Assembly (NCBI GenBank): GCA_036172245.1
Contig: JAYWIR010000019.1
Coordinates: forward strand, 806,001 to 870,000
Length of the DNA: 64,000 nucleotides
Source of the DNA: Raillietiella orientalis
Taxonomy: Eukaryota
Direction: 5' to 3'
In this document: in pieces, positions 1 to 12,409 of the stretch
How the letters are laid out: each line of letters starts with the position of its first letter
How positions within the stretch are numbered: position 1 is the stretch's first letter
Notes under the pieces: model-generated
The model's input: the letters and a program-made list of their open reading frames with translations, nothing else
The model's database searches: none
What the model was told of the DNA's origin: nothing
Made by a program: the position numbers and the translations under genes

Positions 1-153
1 AAGTGGCAAAGTATTTTACAGATTTGGCGAATGTGGTCTTGCTGGAGTTGCCGATGGTGCGAAGTGTTTCTGAGATGAGCTTTTTTTGATAAGATGCTGA
101 GTATAATGAGTTTGCAGATCCGTGGATCCACTCCGACCATGAGGTTGCGGATT

Positions 154-660
154 ATTACCCGGGTGCGCCGAGGCGTTTATTATGAAGATAAACACACAAA
201 GTGTAGGGTCATCGGCCCTGCAACGTTCTAGAGAGTTCGGAACCTGCCGAATAACGGCACTCAGGCGGGCGAGGTTCGCCTCGGCATCGGAGGGGGAAGG
301 GAAAAACAAAAAGAAAAATAAGAGCAAGAACACTTCACGAAAAAATTGTAGGGTCAGAAATGGGATCACTGTCCGATGGGGTTGCGTGGTTAGCGTTGCG
401 GGTAACTCAAAAACATCCTTCATAACACTTCCATTTTTGGTCTGAAGTGTGGATATGGTGTTGGATGATCCAGTCCTCCGTTGCCACGCTCTGGATCACG
501 AAGACAATCTGCCTCGAGAGCAGGTATTGGTCCGAAGTTAGCGAGGAGGCTTCCCTTTTTTTTTCTTATGGGGAGTCGTTCAAACTCCTTGGAACCAAAG
601 CAGATTTTTCTTCGTTGATGCAGTATAGGAAGATTTGCTTGTGTGCGTGCGAAATTGTGA
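154..660 (-). mobile_element. 3' end (C-terminal ORF2 remnant + 3' UTR) of L1/Tx1-type non-LTR retrotransposon
   Basis: Minus strand shows GTGATCCC, a pyrimidine tract, then AATAAACGCCTCGGCGCACCCGGGTAATAA, the same 3' architecture as other L1-type ends in the window. Confidence 0.7.
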
Positions 661-1399
661 TATATATATATATATTTTAATTGGTCACGCAGCGATGTTC
701 GGAGCGAGAAATCCTGCTTCCGAAGATGTATCTGCGCGTAGGGAGCCGTTCGTAGGCGCATATAAGTGAGCCTCATGTCTGCAGCAGATGAGGCCATGAT
801 GAGCTTTACGAGCGCACGGCGGACCGTGGTCGCGCCTTAAGAGCGGAAGAGTCTTCGGATTCCTGGCTCTTTAGTGAGCTGCTAGCGAGAGCTCTTTTGT
901 TATACTGCGATCGCAAGTCGCCACCACCACTGCTAACTTTGGCGCTGGTGGTAGTGGTGGCGGTAACAGCCTTTGGGTTGCCACTCGTTCATATGGTGAA
1001 GTGCGCTGCCAACTATTCAGCTGCCAGTCGTTCTCCATGCAGAGTTCACCGCTAGTGCTTTGTGCTCAGCGTTCTACCTACTCTTCCCGGCAAGAAGGAT
1101 TGGGATTCTGCAGGCAGGGCAAGAGTCTGCCTTCATGCCAGGGTGCGAGACAAGCAACCACCAGAGGGGGAGGGGGATTAATCATCTGGAGATTTCACTC
1201 TATACTGAGCGAACTCCTGGCGGAGTAATCCCTGCAGCCTCGCTCAACTCTTTGAGCCCAACTCACTAAGTAATCGTTTTTTTCTCTTTTTGCCGATCCA
1301 CGCATAGAAGCGTGGCTGTGCTTCGAAGCGGAAGTCTTGGTGGTAAACGAGCACTCTTCCAACATGACCACGATTCTAAGGCGGTTGTCTGTGAAAAAC

Positions 1400-2360
1400 A
1401 TACACCAGCTACCGGAGCAGAGCTTGCGGCATTCGGGTGGGCACCCTTTTGAATTGCTGGGAACGTCGCCTGTACGTGTGCGAGGTGATTGCAGCAAGCG
1501 CACCTACTTCTGAGGTACACCTACAAGTGAGCTTACCTTATGAGGCTGGCAAACGTACACGATATCGACCGTTTCGTCGCAGGTGATTGATTGGTTCTTG
1601 TTGGTTGGTCGACCTACTCGTTGCGGTTATATGCGCTCCAGCAACTAGTCAACTGATGCAGCGTGTCTCTGAAAGGGACAGTTTGCCACTCTTCACCATG
1701 TGTGACCATTGCGTGGTCGAGGTTGTAGATTTCTGGCATCAGTAAGAAGCTTTCATCCATTCCCGCGCATCAGTGTGGTTGGAAGATAGAGCACGTCAAT
1801 TACGGTGATATCTTTCCCATCTTGTCAGTGAAATTACCCATTGATGCGAGATGCCTGAGAAGCGACTCTGGAACTGAAAACTCACCTGGTTTCGTCAGTT
1901 TTCGAATCTTCTCGAGTTAACGATACACTTTGCTTTGTAGTTTGTGAGACGTATTTGCAGCAGTGCGGCAGCGTGGTGTCCTAAGTCCGCTTTGCTCAGT
2001 TTTCGATCCGAGGGGATGTCTTCCAATCGATATTCCTCCTAAATCTCATCAGCCAATGGATGTGATCTGGTGAAAAACGTAATGAATGTTTTCTCTCACG
2101 TCTATCTTGGCTACTTCTATGTCAGATCCGATGATTGCTCTGTCTAGCATGGACTGGTTCCTCTAACGTGTCGGGACTAAGTTGAGCACTATGTTGGTGG
2201 CTGTTGTTGTTGCAGCTGGAAGTCTGATGGAATAGAGAGGGGTTCCTGTTTTCCAAGAGTCGAAGCTTGACGATATTCCTCGATAATGAAGTTCCAATCT
2301 CTTGATTTTCACTGCTAACGGGATTTTCTTTTCGTTCAGGAAGACCGTTTCCAGACAGAT
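1400..2360 (-). pseudogene. Possible degraded N-terminal zinc-finger region of a Utopia/NeSL-like element
   Basis: Stop-interrupted minus frame C-I-S...NHLRRNGRYRVR...LTCRC resembles the C..C...RHL...H...LxC module seen at 13345-13480 and 22830-22960; weak. Confidence 0.3.
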
Positions 2361-2379
2361 CTAGAAATCAATTGGGCGT

Positions 2380-3594
2380 AACGGGTGGTCGGACACTGAG
2401 TGGGGAGTGTCACGAAACCCGAGGACGCGATTCCCTATATCGGAGCTGTAGAGGACGTGGTCGACCGGCTTGTGGCTGGCTGTTAGCCATAGCAGTCCGA
2501 AATCGTCGGACAGCCGCCGATACGCCGTCCTGCCTCTGAAGTCCCGGGAATAGACGACTTCATCCGGGATGTTGAAATCCCCAACGACGATGACGATGTC
2601 CTTCGGTGCGACCTTTTGTCGGAGGGCTTCGTGGGGCGGCTCCGCGCACCGGTGCTTGTGTTGGTGGGGTCCGTAAACATTCACGAGGAACAGGTGCACG
2701 CTTGCGGACCAGGACAACCGTAAGGCGATGACTCTTCCAGGTACGGGACAGAAGGTTTCCAGGATGGTGTCGGCGAGCTCGTTCTTGATTGAGATCGCCA
2801 CCCCCATGGTGTGCGACTGTTCCTCGCTGGTGAACAGTTGGGCGTTCAATCGCCTTTCCAAGTCAAGGCTGATTTGCTGCCCCATCACGTGGGTTTCTTG
2901 TAGGCACGCGATGCCGTAGTGCTCAATGTTCCGCACTATTCTTCTTCTCCTTGTCTGATCTTGAAGTCCCTTAACATTCCAGGAGGCGATGCTTAGTCTC
3001 CTGGAGGTGGACAAGAACGAGAGGGCATCAAGAGGGTTTATTTTTTGCCCTTTCTGAGCTTCTTCTGTCGGGGAGATCGTTGTCGTCTTCCCGAGGAAGA
3101 AGGAGCGGGCTTCTCGCTACCGGCATCGCTCTCTGCCGGTTTGGTCGGTCATGTCGTGTTCTTCCATCGAGCGTTCGGCCCTGGCTACCTCCTTGGGCGG
3201 AGGGGTCTCCGAGTTGCCCGTCGCGCAGTAGGCCACCTTAGCCTCGAAAAGCTTGGTCTCCAGCTTTTCGCGTTCGCATGCCTCCACCAACTGATTTATG
3301 TCCTGCTGGACCTCGCAGATGCGAGTGAGGATTTGTTCCTGCTGCACCGCGGTCGGTTCCTGGCGGACCTCCTCGACAAGCTTCACCACCTCCTCGGTTA
3401 GCTGGGGGGCCTCCTGCGTCGCCGGGGTGGGTTCATTAACCTCCATTTTATCGCCTTCCTCTGCATTTTCCCTCTCTTCGGCCTTCAGGGAGGGTTCTTG
3501 CTTCTTCACGAGCAACCTCCTCTTGCCGCCTTTTCTCACTTCAACGAAGCCGTCCGCCGAAACCGGAGCGGCCTCCTTCGCCTTCCTCTGCTTC
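2380..3594 (-). mobile_element. L1/Tx1-type ORF1 C-terminus + APE endonuclease; inverted near-identical copy of 28797-30011
   Basis: ORF 2361-3014 has SWNVKGL, CLQETH, GDFN, DHVL and SDH motifs; translations match those at 29377-30011 and 28797-29274. Confidence 0.95.
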
Positions 3595-4700
3595 ATCGCC
3601 CTTTGAGGTTTGATTACCTCCTCCAACAGCCGTTTCCTAACTGGGGATTGACAGATAGGGAGGATAGGGTATCTCAGCGGGCCGAGAGCTAGCCAGAGGC
3701 CATGTGTCGCCTGCTGTGATCTTAGTAAGTCGGCGACGACTCCACCGACCACCATAATTTCAAATTTTGATCAATTGCGCCGCTGCTGTTCCAGACCCCA
3801 CCCCCAGACGGTAGGCTCCTGTACGTGAGTGCCCAGAAATCTGCCCCGCCAACCGGCCGCGAACCACAATTGGTTCGTAGCCGAGGTGCTGACCCTGAAG
3901 CCGTACGTGCCATCGCGCCTATGTCCTGGCAGGGTCTCATAAGCGAAATGCTCGGCACACTGGAGTACATCAATACGAGACACCATCCTAGCCAGGACAG
4001 GCGCCTCGTGCGTGTACTCAGCTGCGCTCCACATCCTGAAGCGCCAATCGGTCCGCGAAGTGGCTATCCTATATACGGCTCGCGACAAGTCAACACAGTC
4101 AAGTCCAGTGTTATACTTGTTGTATCACATGCCAGCATGGGTACGCTTACCGGTGACCGTGGTGTGCCCGGTCTCAAGCTCGTTGCATTGCCACGACCAG
4201 CCCAAGGTGGTTTGGCCGAGACAGGCGCAAACTGTCATCTGAGCACCCGTTGCCGGGTTGTTGCCGCCGTGGATGATCCGCCCTTCGAATCCCTTCGTTC
4301 CAAGGTAGTCAGCAGCATTTACAAGTTCATCCGTAATACCGCTCCCCGCCTTCCATTCTTCGAACAGTCGGCGGAGGTACCCCGCTCGGGACAACCTACC
4401 AAGTCCACTCTCCCAGAGAGCATTGACTATACTTCCGGGAGGCTCTGTGTTAAAAACGTTGTAGGTGTAACCCGCAACGAACACAGCCAGCTCGGCGTAC
4501 TTGGTCCATCGTCCTAGAAATACGATGGGATTCCTCCGAGCATCACCTCTAGCCAACGGGACCTGGTCAAAACAGCTCACCGCCCCCTGGTGGCCGTAGT
4601 CCCACTTTGCTGCCTCCCTTGCCTTTAACGGCGGTGTTTCCAGGCATTGCTGCCCGTCAACAACCGCAAAGGCAAGCGAAACACAACAAGGAACCCTTTC
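3595..4700 (-). pseudogene. ~360-codon non-TE reading frame (2 internal TGA) fused in frame to the ORF1 C-terminus; possible viral origin
   Basis: ORFs 4125-4580, 3771-4088 and 3117-3755 share one frame, separated only by TGA at 4125-4127 and 3771-3773; W/Y/G-rich globular composition; no TE motifs. Confidence 0.55.
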
Positions 4701-4749
4701 TCACTACGGAGCGCACAGAAAACACGTCCGCCGTGAGCTGTGTCACCAG

Positions 4750-5067
4750 CCAGGCATATGTCGGCTGCCAGGTGGCCTCATCTTCCAGAAGACGCAAGGA
4801 ACGAGATCTCCGGCATTCAACGCCGGTTCTGAAGGAAAGGAAGGAACAGCAGAAGCGCTTTGGCTTCCCGTGTCCCCTCCCCTCCTCATATTTTTATTTA
4901 TATATATTTTTTATACATGTAGTTGTGGTCTCCTCCCTCCGGTTCCGGATATTCGGATTTACCGACCTGCGTGCCGGGGAGTCCTTCGTTTTTCTGTGGC
5001 CTTTATCCGGGAACCCTGCGCCCGGGTAGTTTAGCAATAAACGCCCCGACGCAGCCGGGTAAGAACC
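4750..5067 (+). mobile_element. 3' terminal fragment of L1/Tx1-type element
   Basis: ...WPH...EISGIQRRF* is shared with 26190-26248; ends AATAAACGCCCCGACGCAGCCGGGTAAGAA. Confidence 0.8.
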
Positions 5068-5599
5068 AGCCAGGCACCCCATTTCTTTCATAAGCAAAAG
5101 ATTTAGGGATGGGCTTCCGGTAGCAAGGACAGTCGCCTAAGGCAAGGAAACCGAATCCGTCCGTCCTACGCAGGTGGCGCGGATGCAGCAGCAGTCGTTT
5201 GCTGCCAGCAGTTCACCTCAGGGCGAGGAAGGCCGGAAGACACCGAGAAAACGCCCACAGCTTCGCACGGAGTCCCAGTCACCAGAGCTGCATCTGTGGC
5301 TCGATGGTTTCCGACTCCAAGGTGCCCAAGTCAGCGCTCTGGTGTAGCGCTGCAAAGTCCAGACTCCACAAAGTCTAGGCCGGGTCCGTCACGAAAGAGT
5401 TGGTAGTGTCGTGCCACGACGTCAACAAGCTGTTCTCTGCTCCTTAGGAAAATCTCGTATAGAGATTGCTGTGCACCACAAGGCTACCCTAAAGCCCACC
5501 GACGAGGTGGGAGTTATCATGCACCATCACGGGAAGAACAAAACTCTTCGGGGGCTGGAAGACGAGAGAGCTGGCAAATGCTGCCACTCGTGATATGGC

Positions 5600-6632
5600 G
5601 ATGGGGCTTCTTCGGTGGGCAGAACTTCGTCTTGCCTCCGAGGAACTCATGGTGCCTCCCATTGTGTGGATGGTTCGTTTTCCACCTTGCTTAGAAATAT
5701 GCCTTCCTGCTCTTCATTCACTAGGGTGAATGAAGAGCTGCATAGGGCTCTTACCAGCGGCCAGACGCCGAAGTGGCAAGTCTCCTGCCGGATCTCAGGA
5801 CGAGAGAAATTGTTAAACGGTTGGACCAAGGGAGAACTGGCGGATGCCACGACCCCGAGTGCCCTCCCGCGAGGACTTGCAAGATAGGGCGAGCTGCTCG
5901 GCATCCCGACGGATGACTTGAAGTGGCCCCGGTTTTAATTGGAGCCAGGATTCTCCCCCTCAAGTGGCAAGAGTCGGCGCTGCTGACGTTGCATTGGGGC
6001 CTGCCTTGCAACGCGCGCTGCTTCCACTGGACCTGGGGGAGAGTAAATCCTGAGTGTGCCCGGTGTGGGGTGAGGGAATCGCTCCCCCACCTTCTTGTTG
6101 ACTGTGCTGCTCTCCGACCCCTGCGGGAACGGTTTGGGACGACCCTAGGGCTCCCTACGGGCAGCGCGCCCAGAGACGCTTTCCGCCTCTTCGTGCGGGA
6201 CGCCCTGCAGCCAGCCGCAGTCGTGGCAGCATTATGCTGCATCCGTGGCATCGTGGCGGCGTGGAGTGATACACGCGACGAAGATGTGGACCAGAACGAG
6301 AGGGACGTCATCCCGTATGCTGTTCGCTTCCTGACGAGAGCTTCTGGATGGCCCCAGCTGGGTACAATTCGGATGGACTTAAAGGGCTTCCTTCGAAGGA
6401 TGGGCCCTCCTCCCAGTGCAGAGTGATCCCTTCCCAGCCCTCCAACTTCTTTTTGTTTTCCTTACTTTTTATCCTTCTTTTTGTTTTCTCCCCCATCCCT
6501 TCCACTGCCGAGGAGAGCCACGTCGGGCTGCGTCCCGGCAGGTCCGGTGTTGTGTGGCCGTTAGTGGGGCCTGGTACCACGTTTGTGGAATGTTTTTTTT
6601 AATAAACGCCCCGGGATTACCCGGGTGGAAAT
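5600..6632 (+). mobile_element. L1/Tx1-type ORF2 C-terminus (CCHC) + 3' UTR
   Basis: ORF 5923-6426 LHWGLPCN...ECARCGVRESLPHLLVDC; terminal AATAAA-hairpin at 6601-6630. Confidence 0.9.
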
Positions 6633-6649
6633 CACTAGGGTGAACGTGT

Positions 6650-7365
6650 AGAGCATTCAGAGTGTGAGGTGGTCAATTCACAGTGTAGAGCGATGGCATC
6701 GAGTTCTGGAGGGGTTGCGTTCGCGAACTGTGGCAGGTGAGGGATTCAATCCCGCATCTGCTTTTGCGGTGCCCTCCAAAGACTGTGTCGGAGACTCACA
6801 ATAGCACAGGCACCAGGAGGATACCAATAGAGACGTGCTGCGGAGGTTCTTCGCGCCGGGAGGCCTCTCGAAGGGCGCAATCATCGCAACCATGGGTTGC
6901 ATTCGCGTCATCGTTTCGGCTCGACAGGTGCTGGTAATCACCAGTCATCGAAAAGGGGTCATGAGGATGGCATCCACCTACATGGAAGCAGCCGCAAGGT
7001 AGACTCACCTGATAGGAGAAGCAAAAGAGATTACCGAAATTTACCGCCTGTTTACGGAGAGTTTGGAACGGCGAACCTGGTAAGCCTTCCTTCCCTTTAT
7101 TTATTTTATTTCATTTTTCAATCCCTCGTTCGCTTACGCTCTGAAACTTTCTTGGTGCTTTTTGTTCTCATCCCGGTGATTACGGAGCGCCACCAAAGGT
7201 CCGCCCCTTTCTTTTCATGTTTTTGTTGTTGTCCGTACCCATTACGGACTTTCCGTTTTCCCGACCTGCGTGCTGGTGGATCCTCCCCTATGTTTCTTTG
7301 TTGTCTTGGTTGTGGACATTGTTCCTGACTTATTCATTTAATAAACGTCCCGACGTGACTGGATT
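6650..7365 (+). mobile_element. Degraded L1/Tx1-type ORF2 C-terminus + 3' UTR
   Basis: RDSIPHLLLRCP and ATMGCIR motifs; AATAAACGTCCCGACGTGACTGG at 7340. Confidence 0.7.
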
Positions 7366-7559
7366 TTAAATTTCAACGTTTGGTGCGAACGTGTTTTTTC
7401 GTCGCTCCCGAAATCGCTGGTTACCTACTTGTGCTTCTTTGATGCTGTGCATCCAGAATAACATAACACCTTCTGAAGGAGTGGAAGTAGGAGTAGCGTC
7501 TGCATCTGCAGCTGCGGAACCGACGGCCGCCCACACTGCCTCTTCCTCGGTGCCAGAGA

Positions 7560-7900
7560 CAAGTTTTGCTTACCCTTTGTGCTTTCCTCTCTAGCTTTCA
7601 ATCGTGATTCCAATCCACTGGATCCATGATGAAAACGCATCTGAAAAATGAACTCCCAGGTACTTGATGTCATCCTCCACAGGGCATACTTCTTCCGTTA
7701 AAACAGAGGGATCCAGATCCCGCTGAGCAACCATTGACATTTGAGGGCATTAATCTTTAAGCCCAGAGTCTTTTCCATCGTCTCTACTATACCAAGAAAC
7801 GTATGCTGATCTCTCTCGTCCTTCAGAAAAAAAGAGAACATCCGCATACTAAGTAAGTAAGCTCATATTTATCTATGGTGATGGTTCGCGCGGCAAATCG
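7560..7900 (-). pseudogene. Non-LTR reverse transcriptase fragment
   Basis: Minus strand YADV...LGLKINALKC...DIKYLGVHF (RT motifs 5-7, frameshifted). Confidence 0.65.
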
Positions 7901-8579
7901 ACCTGGACCCCCATCGAGGGGTCGTGCGGTCCTCAGTCCGCTACTGGCAAGCCGTCCACGGCGAGCCAAGCCGCAAGAAAGGCTGCAAAGCCTCGTGCGA
8001 CTCCAAGGGATCCCACCACTTTGCCCGTACCTTCCGTTAAGGAGGAGCAAAAGGAGAATGTGGCGAGTCCGCACCTGTACGCGATCGTTAAAAAGGAGCC
8101 TTTAACGAGGGTTAAAAATACTCCGGAGGCACTCCAGTCCAATGAAGGAACCCCCTAGGACAGCGACGCCGCCTGGATCCTTGTGAGGTGGAAGCAGAGG
8201 AAAAAGAAGCAGAAGGGATCCTTCCCACTTCCCCATCATTAAGGTAGGCGGGGTGAAATAGCAGCCTCGCACGCCACGGGCGTAGAAAAAACTTCAGCCG
8301 CCGCCGCGCGCGCCATCGCTGTTGCCCGCAGCGAGAGGAAAGCAGCTGACGCCAAGACCTCAAAAGCGGCATCGGCCCCAGCAGCACCCTCGGAAGATGT
8401 TGGATCAGTTTTAAGCTGTCAGCAGAAAACCAGACAGGCAAAACGCCTGTCGTACACTCAGCATTCGGACTCCGATGGCAGCGCGAAAGTGCTCCATGTC
8501 CCGGAGCAACCTGAAGCTGCGCGCAAGCGAAAGGTTTTCAGGCGCAATCCTGAAACCGGGAACGGTTCCCGACGCTCCT

Positions 8580-9260
8580 CGGAGCCCGAGGTAGTGCTCC
8601 TCGACTACAGCATCAACTGCACTCCGCGTCCGAACTGAGGCCTCCGTCTCCTGACGCTGGAGCGATTGGATCCTGTGAAGCACCAGCAGGTTCGCACCAA
8701 CTGGTGCTCCACAACTTCGCCACAAGTGCAAGAATCCTGACCTGGAGCTGAAACTCCAGCCGCTCCAGCGTCAAGAGGCCAAGACCGCCGTCCCGACGCG
8801 GAGCTCACAACTCCGCAGGCCTGACCCAGAGCCTCTCTCAGCTCCAAAGGGCGACGTTCACTTGGTGGGGGGCAAACAGAAAGCAAGGGCAAAAAAGGGG
8901 GCCATGAGCGTGTTCCACACCGTGGTCCATTCCAGCAAGAAAAGCTTACCATCCAAGAACGGGCCAATCGCCTTCTCATCCTTTTGGAGGCAGCTGGACC
9001 ATGCCTACGCCAGGGAATATTGCCCCTGCGGCACACCGAGGTGCTTAAGGTACCGCACCGTGGGGATCCCCAAGAGGAACCAGTCGTGCTGCCCTGCCCT
9101 CGCCGAACCAACTGCTACCACGAACGACTTCGCACTGTTCATCTCCAGCCTTGTTCCGCATCGTAGTAGCTCGAAAAAATTTTCCAGCACCTTAGCCGAG
9201 GTGGACATGGGGAGTAGCAGCAAAAGATCGTTCGCATACGCGACACGGCCGGTTTACCTG
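8580..9260 (-). pseudogene. L1/Tx1-type RT fragment
   Basis: AYANDLLL...LEMNSAKS...RYLKHLGVP, homologous to 51795-52430. Confidence 0.85.
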
Positions 9261-9775
9261 CGCACCTGCAACACGTTCACTACCCTATTCTTCCATCGCA
9301 CCGGTATTGGAAGAACAGGGTTCTTTCCGCGTACGTTTTGTTGCCGTTTGCGGCGTACACGTAGCTAACGACGAGGTCGAGAGTCGCACCACCTGAGAAT
9401 CAGCTGGTCGACCCGATCGTCGTGACCTCGAGAGCAAAACAGGTGTCAAAGGAGCAGGACAAACGACCACAGAAACATTAGCAACGGAAGAGGACCAAAG
9501 TTCCCTTTCCTCAGAAAACTGCGGTGATGAAACAGCCAAATGACCAGAAAGCCGGCGATGAGGAAGGTTGGCAATTTGTTAACAAGAAAAAGACCGGTAA
9601 CAAAAATAATAACTCCAAGACGTAAAAAATGGTTCGAAAACAAAAGAATCAAATCGTCCGCGAAGGTAGAGTTACAATCGCTGAACATCTCATACCAAAC
9701 ACAAGAACACATTTGATGCCTTTCGAAGTTGTGTTCCCGTAAACATCTTATTTAACTATTTTTTCAATTATCAAA

Positions 9776-11040
9776 ATGGTCTTAAGGCTTAATTCACCTC
9801 CTCTTTCTCCAAAAAAACTCATGCAAATGGTTCTTCAAGGTTTGATTGATTGATCTGAGGGCAAAACAGCTTGTAAAAGATTCCAGTGCTAAGCATACCA
9901 TTTGATAAACCATGGCTTATTTGAATTTGGAATTATGTGCACTTCACAATCAGCCACAAATTTGGCATGCACATGATTCTGGCTGAAAGTTTCATGTTTG
10001 AAATGGGAAAAATGGAGTGCATGTGGAGATGATGAACTGAATGATAACGAGGACAAGGGAATCCAAATGTGGAAACCAACTCCTAACAAGAAGCTGTCTG
10101 CTTGATTTCTTGAACCTTGCCCCTTCAATGATTCCTTTGAAATGCTGAATGATCATATTGCCAGAATTGGACTAAAGAACAATTTGCTGTTTTGATTCAG
10201 CTATATGTGGCACACAGCCAAAGGTGAAATTAAGCAAGCCTATTGATGGGATGTGTTCTTTGGACAAAATCATCAGTTGCTGGCCTCATTTCCTCAATTA
10301 CAACTGATTCCCCATTTTCCATCTTAATTTTTACATTTATACTCCAGATAGGCAGCCAGCCATCAGTATAGGCACATGCCAAACAAATTACACTCTTTTG
10401 GTGGTCCTCTGGGAACTCCACCATGCAAATATAATCCTCCCAGAGAAGGAAATAACTGTTGTTTTCCGAGAAGTAGAAATTAGATTCCAGAAATGTCTTG
10501 CAATATCAACTGTAAGTAAACTGTCCTGAAATGTGAGGGTTGAGACTGTAACTAAAATAATCAACTGATGGTAAAAAGGATGATCACAGACAAAATTTCA
10601 GCCCTAAACTCAACTGAATGCACAATTGCTGCTTGATATAGGCACATTGTAGACATTCAGCTTGTGTACAAATGCCACCACATACATGGAAGCAGCTGGA
10701 CTCCACCACATTGCTGTTTCCACTGAAGGAATAATAATGGATCATGCTTCAAGAGAAAAGCAGCATTATGATCTTAAGATTAAATGTATAAGCAGGTACA
10801 CCCTTGATTAAACTCCAAGTACGCAGTGCACGATCCCTGCCACAAGAAAGTGAGATTTTACCTGAAGTATGTACACTAATTCCTCAAAATGCTGGACCCC
10901 TACTGCCAGATAACGTCATTTGACAAGACGAACAATCAATCTCCCAATACAGATATATCCATGTTCCGCTCCAGTAAAAAAAGAAAGGATTGTGGAATTC
11001 CTGGCATGCTACTGTGTTCTAAATACCTAAGTCAATGACA
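9776..11040 (+). pseudogene. CpG-poor decayed coding-like sequence, tentatively rhabdovirus-like matrix + glycoprotein remnant
   Basis: Manual translation: MVLRLNSPPLSPKKLMQMVLQGLID*SEGKTACKRF...; second frame IPEMSC..C....C...STECTIAA...WTPPHCCFH*...LDPYC; many stops. Confidence 0.3.
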
Positions 11041-11262
11041 TTAATTTCAAAAATTACCCTTATTATGCAGCTAAGACCCTAACTCTGGATCATGTTTCGA
11101 AAAAATCGCCCGGCGGTTTCAACGAAACTTCCTAATGCTATAATTTTACGATTGCTAGCCACAGATTTAATACTTCCACTGTGAATGTTGGATGTAAGAC
11201 AGGCTAAAATTTGTTTTCTGATATTACAAGCTAAAAACCTTGGTATTATTTTATCATCATCA

Positions 11263-12335
11263 TTATCCCATTCTACTGTGTATCTTAAATGGTGGTTGTC
11301 CTAGCTTCCAAATATAATTCCTAGGAAGAAAAAATAATCCTATGCTTTTATGTGATTCACATACACAAAACGCACTACTCACTGAAAAGCTTCGAAAAGA
11401 CAATTCCATTTGCATTTCTGAATACTACTTATCGGACACATCAGTTAAGGAAATTGAAACACCATACAAATATAGGAATTCATCTGTCTTGGTGTGTGGG
11501 AAATTAACGATGGTTTTTGATAATAAACGGCACAGCATTTCAGACCATCGCGGTAAAAATTTGAAAAACTCGCACCACATGGCAACGTTACCAAGTGGAA
11601 GAGTTCACAACAGTCCATACGCATTTGAACCATGCTATGGATTTATGTAAATAATTGCAAAAATTGGAGATTCAGTGTGTAAACGCGTGTTTTCCAACTT
11701 AATATGGTTTAAAATATGTGTATTTTTTTCCCTATAAAAGTAAGAGAATAAACATGGTAGTGATCTGCAAGGATTTGAGTCTCTCAAATAATCTTGAAGG
11801 TTACACAAAACCTTCAACTTCTTTTGATCAGGTATTCTAAATTCCTTAGACATTTTCGGAATGCAATTCCGAGGTAATTTGGTTAACTCCTTCCTAGTAA
11901 AATGTATAAAAATTGGTTGGTTCTTTTGTGTCCTTCTATTGTTGTTGTTTACTATAGAGCAAACTGTTAATTTAAGCTTTTGCTAGTACAAAATGAATGA
12001 GCATATCAGTATGAACCATCCATGGTTTATAGACATTGGTAAAAACTTGTATCTATGTTTTTGAGCTATTTTTCCCCTGTCCATGTCCTGTGGTAGGCTG
12101 TAAGTTTGCTTCCATAGCGGAAGACAAACGCAACCGATCGAGAAATATTAAACGTAAATGGAGTTTTTTTCTCAAGCTGTTATTGTCCGACTTGTTTCCT
12201 TTTTATTATTACGGCATCCCTCCCTACTCTATCCCACACATGCTCTGAGTTAGAGTCTGCTCCTCTTCCTGAACTCCTAGAACACCTTCAATATAAGTGT
12301 GATCCATGTACATCGAGCGTTGTTCATAAACATTT
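11263..12335 (-). pseudogene. Decayed intronless AT-rich ORF of unknown, possibly viral, origin
   Basis: One minus frame (includes ORF 11635-11853) runs ~325 codons with only ~7 stops in AT-rich DNA and ends in TAA TGA TGA TGA; no TE motifs. Confidence 0.5.
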
Positions 12336-12409
12336 TAGAAAAAATCACCAGAACCTTAATTCACCTATTTTCTTTCAAAAAAAGCCAATTGCTACGACCT
12401 TTATGAAGA

